Notes: generated from the letters alone by a model not told the origin. Shown: positions 16,020-30,340, numbered from the stretch's first letter. The stretch is DNA of 64,000 bases from Eledone cirrhosa (GCA_964016885.1 OZ024741.1:308636001-308700000); one strand, 5' to 3'. Numbers and translations are program-made.

Positions 16020-16760
16020 TTGCGACATAGTTATATCCTTTCATGTTCTGATTTCAAATCCCACTGAGGTTAGTTTTGCCTTTCATCCTTATGGGGTCGA
16101 TAAGATAAAGTGATGCACTGGGTCAATTTAATTGACTTTCCCTTCCCCCCAAATTGCTGGCCTTGTGTCTAAAGTAGAAACTATTATTATTATTATCACT
16201 ATTATTATTTGGTTTGGCAGTATTAGTAGAGTGTTGCACAATATGTTTTGTGACATAGAGTTACACCCTTTACATTCTGAGTTCAAATCCTGCTGAAGTT
16301 AGCTTTGTCTTTTATCCTTACAGGGTTGGTCGTTAAAATAAAGTACCAGTAATGTACTGCGGTCAATTTAATCGACTTTCTCCTCCCCACTAAAATTGTT
16401 GGCCTTGTGACTGCCATGCTTTGAAACATAGAGTTACGGCCCTTGCCATTCTGAGTTCAAATCCCGCCAAGGTTAACTTTGCCTTTCATCCTTATGGGGT
16501 CGATAAATTAAAGTACCAGTAATGTACTGGGTAATTGCTGGCCTTGTGCCAATAGTAGAAACAATTATTATTAGATGGATTGGCAGTATTGGTAGAGGGT
16601 CGGATGCCATGCTTTAACGTATAGAGTTACGGCCCTTTATGATCTGAGTTCAAATCCCACCGAGGTTAACTTTGCCTTTCATCCTTACGGGGGTCGATAA
16701 AATAAAGTACCAGTAATGTACTGGGTAATTGCTGACCTTGTGCCTAACGTAGAAACAGTT
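16020..16760 (+). mobile_element. Cluster of four head-to-tail SINE family A copies
   Basis: TCAAATCC B-box and CCTTTCATCCTTA.GGGGTCGATAA-type core repeated four times. Confidence 0.85.
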
Positions 16761-16901
16761 ATTATGGTGATGATGGTGATGGGGGATATTGATTATAATA
16801 ATGACTGTAATGGTAAGAGTGAGGACAATCAAATGCTATGAGGCTTTGGAAAATAAAAATACAATAAAATGTTTATAGTATATTATGTATATATATGTAT
16901 A

Positions 16902-16959
<58 letters not shown>

Positions 16960-17485
16960 AGTTGAGTACACTGATACCATGAATACACACATACACACAC
17001 TGAATGGAAAGAGCCTCGAACTACTGTTTAAATAGATAAGCAATGACCGATTTAACTATTTAATGACAAATCACTATATATATATACGCACATATGTACA
17101 TATATACACATATATATATACATAGACATACAGACATATATATATATATATATATACATATATAAATACACACATGTATATACATATATAAATATACACA
17201 TATTTATACATAAATACACATAAATACACACATACATGCACACATACACACACACACATACATATACACACACACACATACATATGTATATATATACACA
17301 CACACATATATACATACATATATCTATATACATATATATATACATACATATACATATATACATACATGTGTGTATATATATATATATATAAACAGCAAAG
17401 TGGGCATAAAATGAATGATAATATATATATATGTAAAAACACTATTTTCTACACTTTCCACAATACTTCAAGCAAATTACATCAC

Positions 17486-17532
<47 letters not shown>

Positions 17533-17542
17533 TATATATATA

Positions 17543-18195
17543 TCATCATCATCATCATCATCATCATCAACGTTTAACGTCCGTGTTCCACGCTTGCATG
17601 GGTTTGGACGGGGGTAGTCCCACTTGAGGCAAGAGTGATTGTCTTGCTCGCATAGGACTGTCTGGCAGGTTTTCTACAGTTGGATGCCCTTCCTAACACC
17701 AACCACATTTACAGTGTGGGTCTGGGAGGTTTTTACCGTGTTGCCTACACGGCCACATTACAGCGTAGACTGTGTGTTTTTTTGTCGTGACACCTACACG
17801 ATCTCATTTGTTTCGGCCTGGATGGCGCGGCACCAACATAACTTTACATAGAACGGGGTGGTGTGGATGGGGTGGGGGTGGTGGCGGAACGGGGTGTATT
17901 TTGTTAGAGATGCCTACTGGCAAGGCGGGTCTTCTCTATTACTGAGTACCGCCAAAGGTCTCGGTCCAGTGACATTGTCTTGGAGAGGTGTAAGTGTGTG
18001 AGGTCGGAGTTTATCAGCTCGTCCCAGGTTTTTCTAGGTCTGCCTATTCCGTGGCTACCGTCTATCTTTATTGCCCTGCACTTTGTTATACAGCTATCGA
18101 CTTTCATGCGCATCACGTGTCCATACCAACGTAGCCTTCTCTCGAGTAAACAACATCTGATCCCTCTTATCTCTAATTTTTTCCTTAGTTCGTTT
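17543..18195 (-). mobile_element. 5'-truncated RTE LINE with 3' UTR and (GAT)n tail
   Basis: ORF 17904-18116 (MRMKVDSCITKCRAIKIDGSHGIGRPRKTWDELINSD...); near-identical to 24785-25554. Confidence 0.92.
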
Positions 18196-18246
18196 ATATA
18201 TATATATATAAAGAAGAAACTAAAAGATGGTTAAAAAGGCTCCATA

Positions 18247-18316
18247 TATTTTATTATGCGGATTTCGAAAACAACATCATCCTGGGACAAAAATTGTGTT
18301 CTCATCAGATAAAATA
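18247..18316 (-). ncRNA. Minimal type I hammerhead ribozyme
   Basis: UAUUUUAU-CUGAUGA-stem II (GAAcACAA/UUGUuUUC)-GAAA-UCCGCA-UA-AUAAAAUA, with an 8-bp stem I. Confidence 0.75.
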
Positions 18317-18388
18317 AGGTAACATGATATGAGGCCTAAAAACACTTGTCAACAGGAAAGTGCTTTTAGGCCTCATATCATGTTACCT

Positions 18389-18458
18389 TATTTTATCTGA
18401 TGAGAACACAATTTTTGTCCCAGGATGATGTTGTATTCGAAATGCGCATAGTAAAATA
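18389..18458 (+). ncRNA. Minimal type I hammerhead ribozyme
   Basis: UAUUUUAU-CUGAUGA-stem II-GAAA-UGCGCA (palindromic)-UA-GUAAAAUA. Confidence 0.8.
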
Positions 18459-18606
18459 TATGGAACTTTTTTAACCATCTTTTAATTTCTTCTTTAATAT
18501 ACACTCCAGTTCTACCAACTGTTGAGTTCTACTTATCTGATATATGCATAGTTTTATTGTTCTACAATATTACTCATCTTCTACATATATATATATAGAG
18601 AGAGAG

Positions 18607-19118
<512 letters not shown>

Positions 19119-19729
19119 CCTGGTTACGATCATCAAATATATATATATTGTCTCAGAAATATTTATGTATATGTCTAGTGTGTGTGTGGCTGGATGTGTA
19201 TCATTCCATGCATGTCAATGTGTGTGTGTGACGGTGTTGTGTAAGTAGGGTGTGTGTGTGTGTGTGTGATTTTTGTATATGTATGTATGCAGCATGATTA
19301 GTCTATGTGAGTGTGACTGTGTGTATATGTGAGTGTGTATAATAGATATCATATGTGCAATGCACATGTAATATCGATTATACACACTCACATCGTTCAT
19401 GTTATATTTGGTCTATATGTCTATATGCAGGTATGTTAATGAGTGCATCTAAGTGTGTGTGCATCTGTGTGTTTATATAATGTATGTGTACATGTTAGAG
19501 TTAGTCTGGGCATGCATGTGTTTGTGTGTGTGTGTTTATGTATGTGTTTGTCACTGTGTGTGAGTGTGCTAATATGTTAGTATGTACATACACGAGCTGA
19601 GCAAATTAAGCGAAGAGAAGAAAAGACTGATCTTGTTATATTTGAGGGGGGGTCATGTTGATCTAATATTGCCAGAAAAATATAGTAAAAAGATTGATTG
19701 CTTTCATTGAAATGAGTATATCACATAAT

Positions 19730-20167
19730 AATTGTTTCTACTTTAGGCACAAGGCCAGCAATTTGAAGGGGGGGGGGGAGTCAATTAAATCGCCCCTAGT
19801 GCATTACTGGTGTTTTATTTTATCAACCCTGTAAGAATGAAATGCAAAGCTAACCTCGCCGGGATTTGAACTCAGAACATAAAGGGCTGCAACTCTATAC
19901 CGTAAAGCATATTGTCTGACGGTCTACTGATATTACCAATCCAACCCCTCAGTATATAATGATAATATTTATAATAATTGTTTCTACTTTTGGCACAAGG
20001 CCAGAAATTACCCCAGTGCATTACTGGTACTTTATTTTATCGACCCCGTAAAGATGAAAGGCAAAGTTAACCTCGGCGGGATTTGAACTCAGAATGGCTA
20101 GGGCCGTAACTCTATGCGTCAAAGCATGGCGTCTGACCCTCTACCAATACTGCCAATCCACCACCCT
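19730..20167 (-). mobile_element. Two tandem SINE family A copies
   Basis: Family A head, core and tail on the minus strand. Confidence 0.85.
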
Positions 20168-20696
20168 TAATATATAATATCTATAATAATATGTGTGGAT
20201 CAACTGCCAAGATGTGGGGTCCAGTTGTCGACTAGGGTAATTTACCTGATATTTTCAGCTATTATTTACAATGATTAGCTATTATTATAGTTATCGGCTT
20301 TGCAACAACTACATTTTTCCAATTTCAAATTTCCCCATACTTTGTAAATCAACCAAGATGTTTATTAGTATATTGACAATATATATGTGTAGTTATCTTA
20401 GTCAGATTTGGTAAATAAAAACTACAGAAGATCATTATATATATAAAAGAATCCGGTATATTCTGTAAGGTAGTAGTTGTAAAGGTACTTAGAGCCCCTG
20501 CCATATACATATAAATTTAGAAGGGACAAGGTGCTGTATGGTTACTAAAAACGAGTGTTTAGAAATATAAGGGAAACACACACAAAGGACAGATCCTCTC
20601 TTCACAGTTGTCTACTGTGGGTCTCGGACATTTTGATGCGTCAACAGACAACTGAGGGGATCTGTCCTTTGTTTGTGTTTCCCTTATATTTCTAAA

Positions 20697-20728
<32 letters not shown>

Positions 20729-21261
20729 ACAAACACGCACATATGTATGTGTGTATATATATATATATTTATACGTAGTTCACATATATACTAGTCCTAC
20801 TTGATAACCTTGTTGTTTAGATTATTTAACCTATATTTTTTTGTCTCATGTTATTTATCTATTTATTTAAATGATGATGATGAAGATGATGATGACGATG
20901 ATGATGACGATGATGATGACGATGATGATGATGATTAGGCATCATCATTGTCACCAACATTACCATCACCATCATCATTGTCACCAACATTACCATCACC
21001 ATCATCATTATCACCAACATTACCATCACTATCATCATCGACATCAACAACACTGTGAACATCCTCATCATCACCTTTCTTAATATCCCCAACCTCAATA
21101 ATGATGACTGAATTGTTAGAGCATCAGTCTGTTGTGATCCAGCATATATGAGAGAAGACATTCCAGGCATGACCATCTTGTCTGCTATTGAGTAAATTAA
21201 TTTAGTGGGGACCATTTCATTGGATTTAGTAAAAAGTGCATGAATCACAAAAGAGCTTTAA

Positions 21262-21469
21262 CCCTTTAGCATTTAAACCACCCATATTCGGTCAGAAATC
21301 TCTCACCTCATTCTGTTTAAACTGGCAGTAACTGGCCACTCATACTGATGTTAAGGTATTGTTCTCAAAATAAATAATATCAAAATCTTATAGATTCGAT
21401 ATTATGTGAGGTAAAGCCTTTAACATAAAAATATAGTAGTAAATATAGAGTAATGTACATGCTAAAGGG
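21262..21469 (-). mobile_element. piggyBac-type MITE
   Basis: TTAA|CCCTTTAGCAT ... ATGCTAAAGGG|TTCA terminal inverted repeats. Confidence 0.8.
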
Positions 21470-21697
21470 TTCATCTTGAGACCCCTTGATGCACGGACTC
21501 AATGAATCCACCATTACCATCAGAGTTTGCTTCAATACGAGCTCTGAAAGGTTGACATGTCTGAATCAGAGGATCATTATCTATTTTGGACATTCTGCTC
21601 GCTATGGCAGACATCATAGATTTTATAGGGTTATAGGAGCATTGACTGACTTCCTTCTCGACTACATCCCATATATATATATATGTATATATACACA

Positions 21698-21781
<84 letters not shown>

Positions 21782-21809
21782 ATATATATATATACATATA
21801 TATACACAT

Positions 21810-22140
21810 GGAGGCACATGGCTTAGTGGTTAGAGCATTGGCCTTGCAATCAAAAGGTTGTGAGTTCAATTCACAGACTGGGTGATGTGTTGTTTCCTTG
21901 AGCAAGACACTTTATTTCACATTGCTCCAGTTTACTCAGCTGTAGAAATGAGATGATAGGGACTGGGGTCCATATCATTCCACTGCAAAGTGGTCGTGTA
22001 GGTGCCACGGAAAAAGAGCACCCTGCACTCACTGTAAATGAGGTTGGTGTTAGGAAGGGCATCCAGCTGTAGAAATCAAGCCAGAATCAGTTCCCGTCCC
22101 ACCCTTGCAAGCAGGGAAAAGCTGACGTAAAATGATGATA
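21810..22140 (+). mobile_element. tRNA-derived SINE family B with an RTE-type 3' tail
   Basis: A-box TGGCTTAGTGG, B-box GAGTTCAATTC, CORE/V-like block TCCTTGAGCAAGACACTTTATTTCAC, then GGTTGGTGTTAGGAAGGGCATCCAGCTGTAGAAA...GACGTAAAATGATGAT. Confidence 0.8.
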
Positions 22141-22508
22141 TATATATATATATATATAGGTGTAGGTGTTGTACCAAAGCATGCACTCTATGCACAGGCT
22201 AGGTGTATATATGAGAACAGGTTGATACACAAATATCTTTTACATGTAAACGAAACTTCCTCATTTTTTTTTTTCCTTATATATATATATATATATATAT
22301 ATGCAGCGCGTAAAGCAAATTCACATAATTCAAGTCTAATGTTATATTATATTTCTGATGAATAAAAATAATTAAAAACCACACGCGTTGTAGCATGTTA
22401 TTCATGCAAAGTGAATATTTAATAATATTTTTCAAGATGCATTAAATTTCAAGATACATTAAAGCGAATTCACGTACTTCAAGTTTGCATAAAACGTGAA
22501 CAGACTGT

Positions 22509-22554
<46 letters not shown>

Positions 22555-22618
22555 ATGAAAAACTTGAACCATTAAGATCTTCTTCCTGGTTATGTCAATA
22601 TTTATAAAACAAACTTTG

Positions 22619-22679
22619 TATTTTATCTGATGAGAACGTACCAAAGTTTTGGTACCCTTGAAATATATATAATAGAATA
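22619..22679 (+). ncRNA. Minimal type I hammerhead ribozyme in pLTR-like element 22553-22818
   Basis: UAUUUUAU-CUGAUGA-GAAC GUACC..GGUAC CCUU-GAAA-UAUAUA-UA-AUAGAAUA; element lies between TA tracts. Confidence 0.7.
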
Positions 22680-22815
22680 AATATGGTTTTATAAATATAG
22701 TTTCCATTTATTTAATATCATTGAGTATTATACTCCAGAAAACCTGTTGAGTGCTTTGAATCAGTTATAAACATATGTATTTGTTGAATTACCAACAAAC
22801 TGAATATCCCTTTTG

Positions 22816-22887
<72 letters not shown>

Positions 22888-22964
22888 TTTGCAAATTTAA
22901 GGATATTCAGTATAAACCAGCCAGTGTGAGAGAAGGCTGGCACTATTTACAGGTGCAACTGGAA

Positions 22965-23150
22965 TAATTGTTTCTACTTTTGGCACAAGGCCAGCAATTA
23001 CTCAGCGCATTACTGGTACTCTATTTTATCGACCCCGTAAGGATGAAAGGCAAAGTTAACCTCGGCGGAATTTGAACTCAGATCGTAAAGGGCCGTAACT
23101 CTACGCGTCAAATCATGGCGTCCGACCCTCTACCGATACTGCCAATCCAA
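22965..23150 (-). mobile_element. SINE family A (young, internally deleted subfamily)
   Basis: Nearly identical to copies at 19977-20167, 25880-26050 and 37660-37850. Confidence 0.85.
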
Positions 23151-23800
23151 TGCGAAATAAAATGTCTTGTGTAGACACTCATATGTACACACATACACAC
23201 ATACACACATAAACATACATAAACATACATACTCACATGTACACACACACACACATACACACACATGTAGACAGACCCAGATGTCATAGTGTGGTGATGT
23301 AGGTAATGACTGACTAGACTCACAGGACCTCCTTTTATTACTAGTGAGAGGCTATTTCAATTCTCTTTACTCACATTACAATGTCTCTGTGGAACATATT
23401 GTGTGGCTTTTAAATCTACATCAGGAACCACACACATATATGTGTGTATACATATATATATATATATATATACAAATGTATATATATATATATATATATA
23501 TACAAATGTATATATATATACAAATGTATATATATACATATACAAATATATACATATATATATACAAATATATACATATATATATACATAAATATATACA
23601 TATATATATATACAAATATATACATATATATATATATATATATACAAATATATACATATATATATACAAATATATACATATATATATATATACAAATATA
23701 TACATATATATATAATCAAATATATACATATGTATACACACATATATATATACATATTTATACACATATATATATACATATATATACACATATATATACA

Positions 23801-23834
<34 letters not shown>

Positions 23835-24024
23835 TACATACATATATATATATATATATACATTCATATATACACATATATATTCATATATACACATACT
23901 CATACACACACACACATATATATGTATATAAATATATCTGTGTGTGTGTGCATGTGAGCATATATGTGTACACTTATATACATATACACTTATATATATA
24001 CACTTATATATATATATATATACA

Positions 24025-24067
<43 letters not shown>

Positions 24068-24289
24068 TTATATATATATATATACACACACACAAAAAAA
24101 AAACCTGATACAGTTTGCAGATAACTAATTTTTTGTTTCATATAATTATTCTCCTTTTAAGAAAAATCTACCTTTTGTTCCAACCACAGCTGTTACTATG
24201 GCAACCAATTGTTCACAGCAACATTCCTTCACACCAGAGATTCTCATTCTTCAATACCTAACTTCTATCTTTGTCATTGTAACAATCAA

Positions 24290-24690
24290 TACCAGCAGCA
24301 CCATCACTATAACTACCAGCACCAACATCACTATAACTACCAGCAGCACCATCACTATAACTACCAACACCATCACCACTATATCTACCAGCACCATCAC
24401 CACTATAACTACCAGCACCATCATCACTATCATCAACACCATCACCAACATCACTATCATCAACACCATCACCACTATAACTACCAGCACCATCATCACT
24501 ATCATCAACACCATCACCACTATATCTACCAGCACCATCACCACTATAACTACCAGCACCATCATCACTATCATCAACACCATCACCATCATCACTATCA
24601 TCAACACCATCACCACTATATCTACCAGCACCATCATCACTATCATCAACACCATCACCATCATCACTATCATCAACACCATCACCACTA
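24290..24690. repeat. Compound CAC/CAT/TAC trinucleotide minisatellite
   Basis: Recurring ACCAGCACCATCA(T/C)CACTAT... blocks; source of the Thr/Ile and His/Gln ORFs. Confidence 0.9.
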
Positions 24691-24784
24691 TATATATACT
24701 CACACAGACACGTATATATACTCACACACATATATATTCACACACATACATATAACAAACATTTACATAACATATATATATATA

Positions 24785-25554
24785 CTGGGCATTGTGTGCA
24801 GAGGATATACGCAGACTAGAGAGAAACGAAGCGTGCATGCTCCGCTGGATGTGTAACAGTAATATACGTGAACGGCAAAGCATAAACGAACTAAGGAAAA
24901 AATTAGAAATAAGAGGGATCAGATGTTGTTTACTCGAGAGAAGGCTACGTTGGTATGGTCACGTGATGCGCATGAATGACGATAGCTGTATAACAAAGTG
25001 CAGGGCAATAAAGATAGACGGTAGCCACGGAGTAGGCAGACCTAGAAAATCCTGGGACGACCTGATAAACTCCGACCTCACACACTTACACCTCTCCAAG
25101 ACAATGTCACTGGACCGAGATCTTTTACGGCACTCAGTAATAGAGAAGACCCACCTTACCTAAATACAAAGTAAAACCTACTACAGTCAGTAGGCATCTC
25201 TAACAAAATACAGCCCCGTCCCACCACCCCCACCCCATCCACACCACCCCGTTCTATGTAAAGTTATGTTGGTGCCACAACATCCAGGCCGAAACAAATG
25301 AGATCGTGTATGTGTCACGTCAAAAAAACACACAGTTCACGCTGTAATGTGGCCGTGTAGGCAACACGGTAAAAACCTCCCAGCCCCACACTGTAAATGT
25401 GGTTGGTGTTAGGAAGGGCATCCAGCTGTAGAAAACCCGCCAGACAGTCCTATGCGAGCAAGATAACCACTCTTGCCTCAAGTGGGAAAACGCCCGTCCA
25501 AACCCATGCAAGCGTGGAACACGGATGTTAAACGATGATGATGATGATGATGAT
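24785..25554 (+). mobile_element. 5'-truncated RTE LINE with 3' UTR and (GAT)n tail
   Basis: ORF 24792-25163 (RRLERNEACMLRWMC...RRLRWYGHVMRM...GRPRKSWDD) is the typical RTE C-terminus; long flanking duplication. Confidence 0.93.
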
Positions 25555-26389
25555 ACTCACACACACGTATATATACTCACACACACATATATATTCACAC
25601 ACATACATATAACAAACATTTACATAACACATATATACTCACACACACACACACATATATATACACAACATATATATATATATATACTCACACACACATA
25701 TATATATATAATTGTTTCTACTTTTGGCACAAGGTCAGCAATTATCCAAGTACATTACTGGTACTTTATTTTATTGACCCCGTAAGGATGAAAAACAAAG
25801 TTAACCTTGGCGGGATTTATATAATGCTTTGTAATTTTAGATTCATATCTGAGCACTGTACACAATATTTCATGATTATGTGGGTTGGCAGTATCGGTAG
25901 AGGGTTGGACGCCATGCTTTGACACCCTTGCCATTCTGAGTTCAAATCCCGCCGAGGTTAACTTTGCCTTTCATCCTTACGGGGTCGATAAAATAAAGTA
26001 CCAGTAATACACTGGGTAATTGCTGGCCTTGTGCCTAACGTAGAAACAATTATTATTATACCAATAGAATGGTAATTTCCTGACAAAACAAGATTATATA
26101 TATATACCCCTCCATACACATGTACACATGTGTGTATCATGACTCGTGCACTGTTCATTTTCCTGATGTTTGTGCATTGCCCTATGTACTGTACATGCAC
26201 TTTTTGATGAGTTGTGGTGCACCTGGGCACTGTACACAATATTTCATTATTATTATTGTTATTATTATTATATCATGACTCATACACTGTTCATTTTCCT
26301 GACATTTGTACATTATTCTATGTACTATACATGCACCTTTGATGAGTTGTAGTGCACCTGAGCACTGTACACAATAATTTCATTATTAT

Positions 26390-27084
26390 ATATTGTTATA
26401 CTTTGGGAGGGTCATGTTGCCAATAAGAAACACACGCACCAGTTACTTTCACTCCAATTTCTTATAAATTAAATTTATAAATTTAAGAATTTATAAATTT
26501 CCGGTTGGTTGGTTGGTTCCATAACCGGACGGTTGTTCATATATTGTCAAAGTTCTTTGGTCACACATTGTGTGACATCTTCAGTGACTGGGGATTCTTT
26601 TCTTTGTTTTTGTGCCTGGAATAGCAACATCACAACATCACAACTTACAATTAAGGACAAAATGAAAACACACACGCACATAGAACAAACAACCAACCAG
26701 TAACATGTAAATAAACAAATATAAACACACACAGACACCTGGATGTAACACATGCGCAAACTAAGCACACAACACACACAAAAACAAGATGGCGTAGGAC
26801 AGAACAAAGGAGAGGCACAAAAACAAAGAAAAGAATCCCCAGTCACTGAAGAGGTCACAGAATGTGTGACGAAAGAACTTTGACAAAATATGAACGACCG
26901 TCCAGTTAGGGAACCAACCAATCAACCGGAAATTTATAAATTCTTAAATTTATAAAAAATTGGAGTGAAACAACTAGTGCGTGTGTTTCTTATTGTCGAC
27001 ATGACCCTCCCAAAGTATAACAATATCGGTTTCAACACACGTTTTCAGATAAAGAATCTTGCTAAACAAATTCAGAAACGAAAT
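26390..27084 (+). mobile_element. Fold-back hammerhead-bearing element (Penelope-like pLTR pair)
   Basis: ~220-bp inverted arms (26390-26617 / 26813-27026) plus a 58-nt tail to (TA)n; related fragments at 36411-36612 and 61395-61516. Confidence 0.8.
26842..26884 (+). ncRNA. Type I hammerhead ribozyme (slightly degenerate)
   Basis: GUCA-CUGAAGA-G GUCAC..GUGAC-GAAA-GAAC-UU-UGAC; the mirror copy on the minus strand at 26546-26588 has CAAA in place of GAAA. Confidence 0.65.
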
Positions 27085-27275
27085 ATATATATATATATAT
27101 ATATATAGCATGTATTTCATTTTCATATAGCATTTTAAGAGGGTCCGTCGAGCTGCCGATTATTGAGTCGGGTAGGATCGATATAGATCGAACCTTGAGC
27201 TGATCAGTGGTGAAACGCGCGTCACCTATCAATAAATGCAATGAAGGAATAATCAATCGTCCTTTTTATCCTTTC

Positions 27276-27309
<34 letters not shown>

Positions 27310-27360
27310 CACACACACATATATATATATAAACATACATATATATATGCATATACACAA

Positions 27361-27391
<31 letters not shown>

Positions 27392-27692
27392 AATATATAT
27401 ATATATATACACACAAATATATATATATACATATATACACATATATAAACATTATATATACATACATATATATATACATATATATACACATATATATATA
27501 TACATATATATATACATACATATATACACACACACACACATATATATATATATACATACACACACACACAGACATATTTATACACACCATCACATATGGT
27601 GGTGCTATTACGTTAGTCATGGTGTGGGCTAATGGTGCCAAAAAATCTATCAAAGTTATATACATATATAATGTTATACATATGTATATGTG

Positions 27693-27748
<56 letters not shown>

Positions 27749-27893
27749 TGTATATATGTGTTTATTTATATGCACTCACACACACACACACACACAGAGA
27801 TTGAGTAGTGAAAAAGATAGAAAGATATATTTCTTAAGATAAATGGAAAAAAATGAAACGAAATTTCATTTCTCACTCTTAGTACGGCTGATA

Positions 27894-28370
27894 CTTAAAT
27901 ATAAGTATGTATACGTACATACATATATGTATACAGACGTACAGTCGTATGTATATATATATATATACATACATGCACACATATATATACGTACATACAT
28001 ATATGTATACAGACGTACAGTAGTATGTATATATATACAAACATGCACACATATATACGTACATAAATATATATATACAGACGTACAGTACGTCTGTATA
28101 TATATATATACATACATGCACACATATATATACGTACATACATATGTGTACAGACGTACAGTAGTATGTCTATACATACACACATATATATATGTACGTA
28201 TATATATATGTATACAGACGTACAGTAGTATGTATATACATACTTACATGCACACATATATATATATGTAGATACATATATGATTACAGACGTACAGTAG
28301 TATGTATATACATACATACATGCACACATATATATACGTACATAAATATATGTAGACAGACGTACAGTCG

Positions 28371-28408
<38 letters not shown>

Positions 28409-29070
28409 CATGCACACATATATATACGTACATACATATATGTATACAGACGTACAGTAGTATCTATATACATACATACATGCACGCACATATATATATG
28501 TACATACATATATGTATACAGACGTACAGTAGTATGTATATACATACAAGCACACATATATATACGTACATTCATATATGTATACAGACGTACAGTAGTA
28601 TGTATATACATATATATGTACATACATATATGTATACAGACGTACAGTACTATGTATATATATACATACATGCACATATATATACGTACATACATATATG
28701 TATACAGTCGTACAGTAGTATGTATATACATACATACATGCACACATATATATATACGTACATACATATATGTATAAAGACGTACAGTAGTATGTATATA
28801 CATACATACATGCACACATATATATATGTACGTACATACATATATGTATAAAGACGTACAGTAGTATGTATATACATACATACATGCACACATATATATA
28901 TGTACGTACATATATGCGTGCATGTATGTATATATATATACATACTACTGTACGTCTGTATACATATATATATATGTACGTATATATATATATATATGTG
29001 TGGATGTATGTATATTACTGTACGTCTGTTTACATATATATATGTATGTACGTATACATACTTATATTTC
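27894..29070. repeat. ~60-bp TA-derived minisatellite with a terminal inversion
   Basis: Unit core TATACAGACGTACAGTAGTATG repeated to ~28910, then present as its reverse complement to ~29065. Confidence 0.85.
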
Positions 29071-29591
29071 TTAAGATAGAAAGATAGAAATACTGAAAGG
29101 CAGTGTGCAGTTTTGTAGGCGGAGCCAGCCAAGAATTGGCAACCTTCTTGGAAGAAGAAGGAAACCAACCTGACAGCTTGAAAATGTCTTAAGTACTTTT
29201 CAAGGTTTGGTCTACATAATGCCACAGCAGCAGCACTGCCAACCAACCAATCACCAGACTTCCAACCTAGTTTTGCTTTTCTATGATATTTAGCTATCAG
29301 CCAGGCAGCCTGCCATTCTTACTGCAATTCCTCAGCCTCCCCCCTGCAGCACCACCACAATGTCAACTGCTACTGCTGCTACTACTACTACTACTACTTG
29401 TACTACTACTACTTCTACTACTACTACTACTACTATTAATGTTGCTACAATAAATGGTGCTGCTACTACCACAGCTGCTGCTACTACTACTACTGCTATT
29501 ACTACTATATTACTACTATTGCTGCTGCTACTACCACTACCACTACTGCTGCTACTACAACACTACCACTGCCACCACTACTACTACTAAA

Positions 29592-29627
<36 letters not shown>

Positions 29628-29849
29628 GTCACCGTTACTACTACTACCACATCTACTGCCACCACTACTACTACTACCACTACCTCCACTATTACCACCA
29701 CCACTACTACAATTACTACTACTAACTACTCTGCCTGTGTTGTTTGGATGGTGGGAGGAAGGTCTTTTCCCTATTGCAATTTCCTGGTAGGCATTTAGGA
29801 TATATGGATGGCATTAAAGGAATTATTATAGACATTATATTTATATATT

Positions 29850-30340
29850 GTGGTTGGATGGTTGGGTGGTTGGGTGGTTCGGTTGGTGTGTGGTTGGCTG
29901 GTTGGGTGGTTGGACGGATGGATGGTTGGATGGTTGGATTGTTGGGTTGGTGTGTGGTTGGATGGTTGGGTTGGTGTGTGGTTGGATGGTGTGTGGTTGG
30001 TGTGTGGTTGGGTGGTTGGTGTGTGGTGAGATGGTTGGGTGGTTGGGTTGGCGTGTGGTTGGATGGTTAGGTGGTTGGGTTGGTGTGTGGTTGGGTGATT
30101 GGTGTGTGGTTGGGTGGTTGGTGTGTGGTTGGGTGGATGGGTTGGTGTGTGGTTGGTGTGTGGTTGGATGGTGTGTGGTTGGTGTGTGTGGCTGGTGGGT
30201 GGTTGGGTTGGTGTGTGTGGTTGGGTGGTTGGATCGTTGGGTGGTTGGATGGTTGGGTTGGTGGATGGTTGGGTTGGTGTGTGGTTGGTGTGTGCGGTTT
30301 GGTGGTTGGATGCTTAGATGGATGGTGTGTGGTTGGGTAC
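29850..30340. repeat. Degenerate (TGGT/GGTT)n G-rich simple repeat
   Basis: Direct reading; source of the W/G/V ORFs. Confidence 0.9.

Larger units (their letters stand above)
18207..18585 (+). mobile_element. Fold-back hammerhead-bearing element (Penelope-like pLTR remnant)
   Basis: ~140-bp inverted arms (18210-18347 / 18358-18495), one hammerhead per arm, 3' bulged hairpin at 18503-18527, TA tracts on both sides. Confidence 0.8.

Noticed and set aside
22350-22410. CTGATGA as a hammerhead core
   Set aside because: No downstream GAAA-UH or closing stems
27198-27227. CTGATCA-GTGGT-GAAACGCGCGTC hammerhead
   Set aside because: Palindromic stem III is suggestive, but the core is mutated and stems I and II are missing; at best a remnant
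29100-29790. Possible promoter and first exon with a signal-peptide-like Leu run
   Set aside because: The Leu run derives from a (CTA)n repeat and no consistent frame links an ATG to a recognisable product
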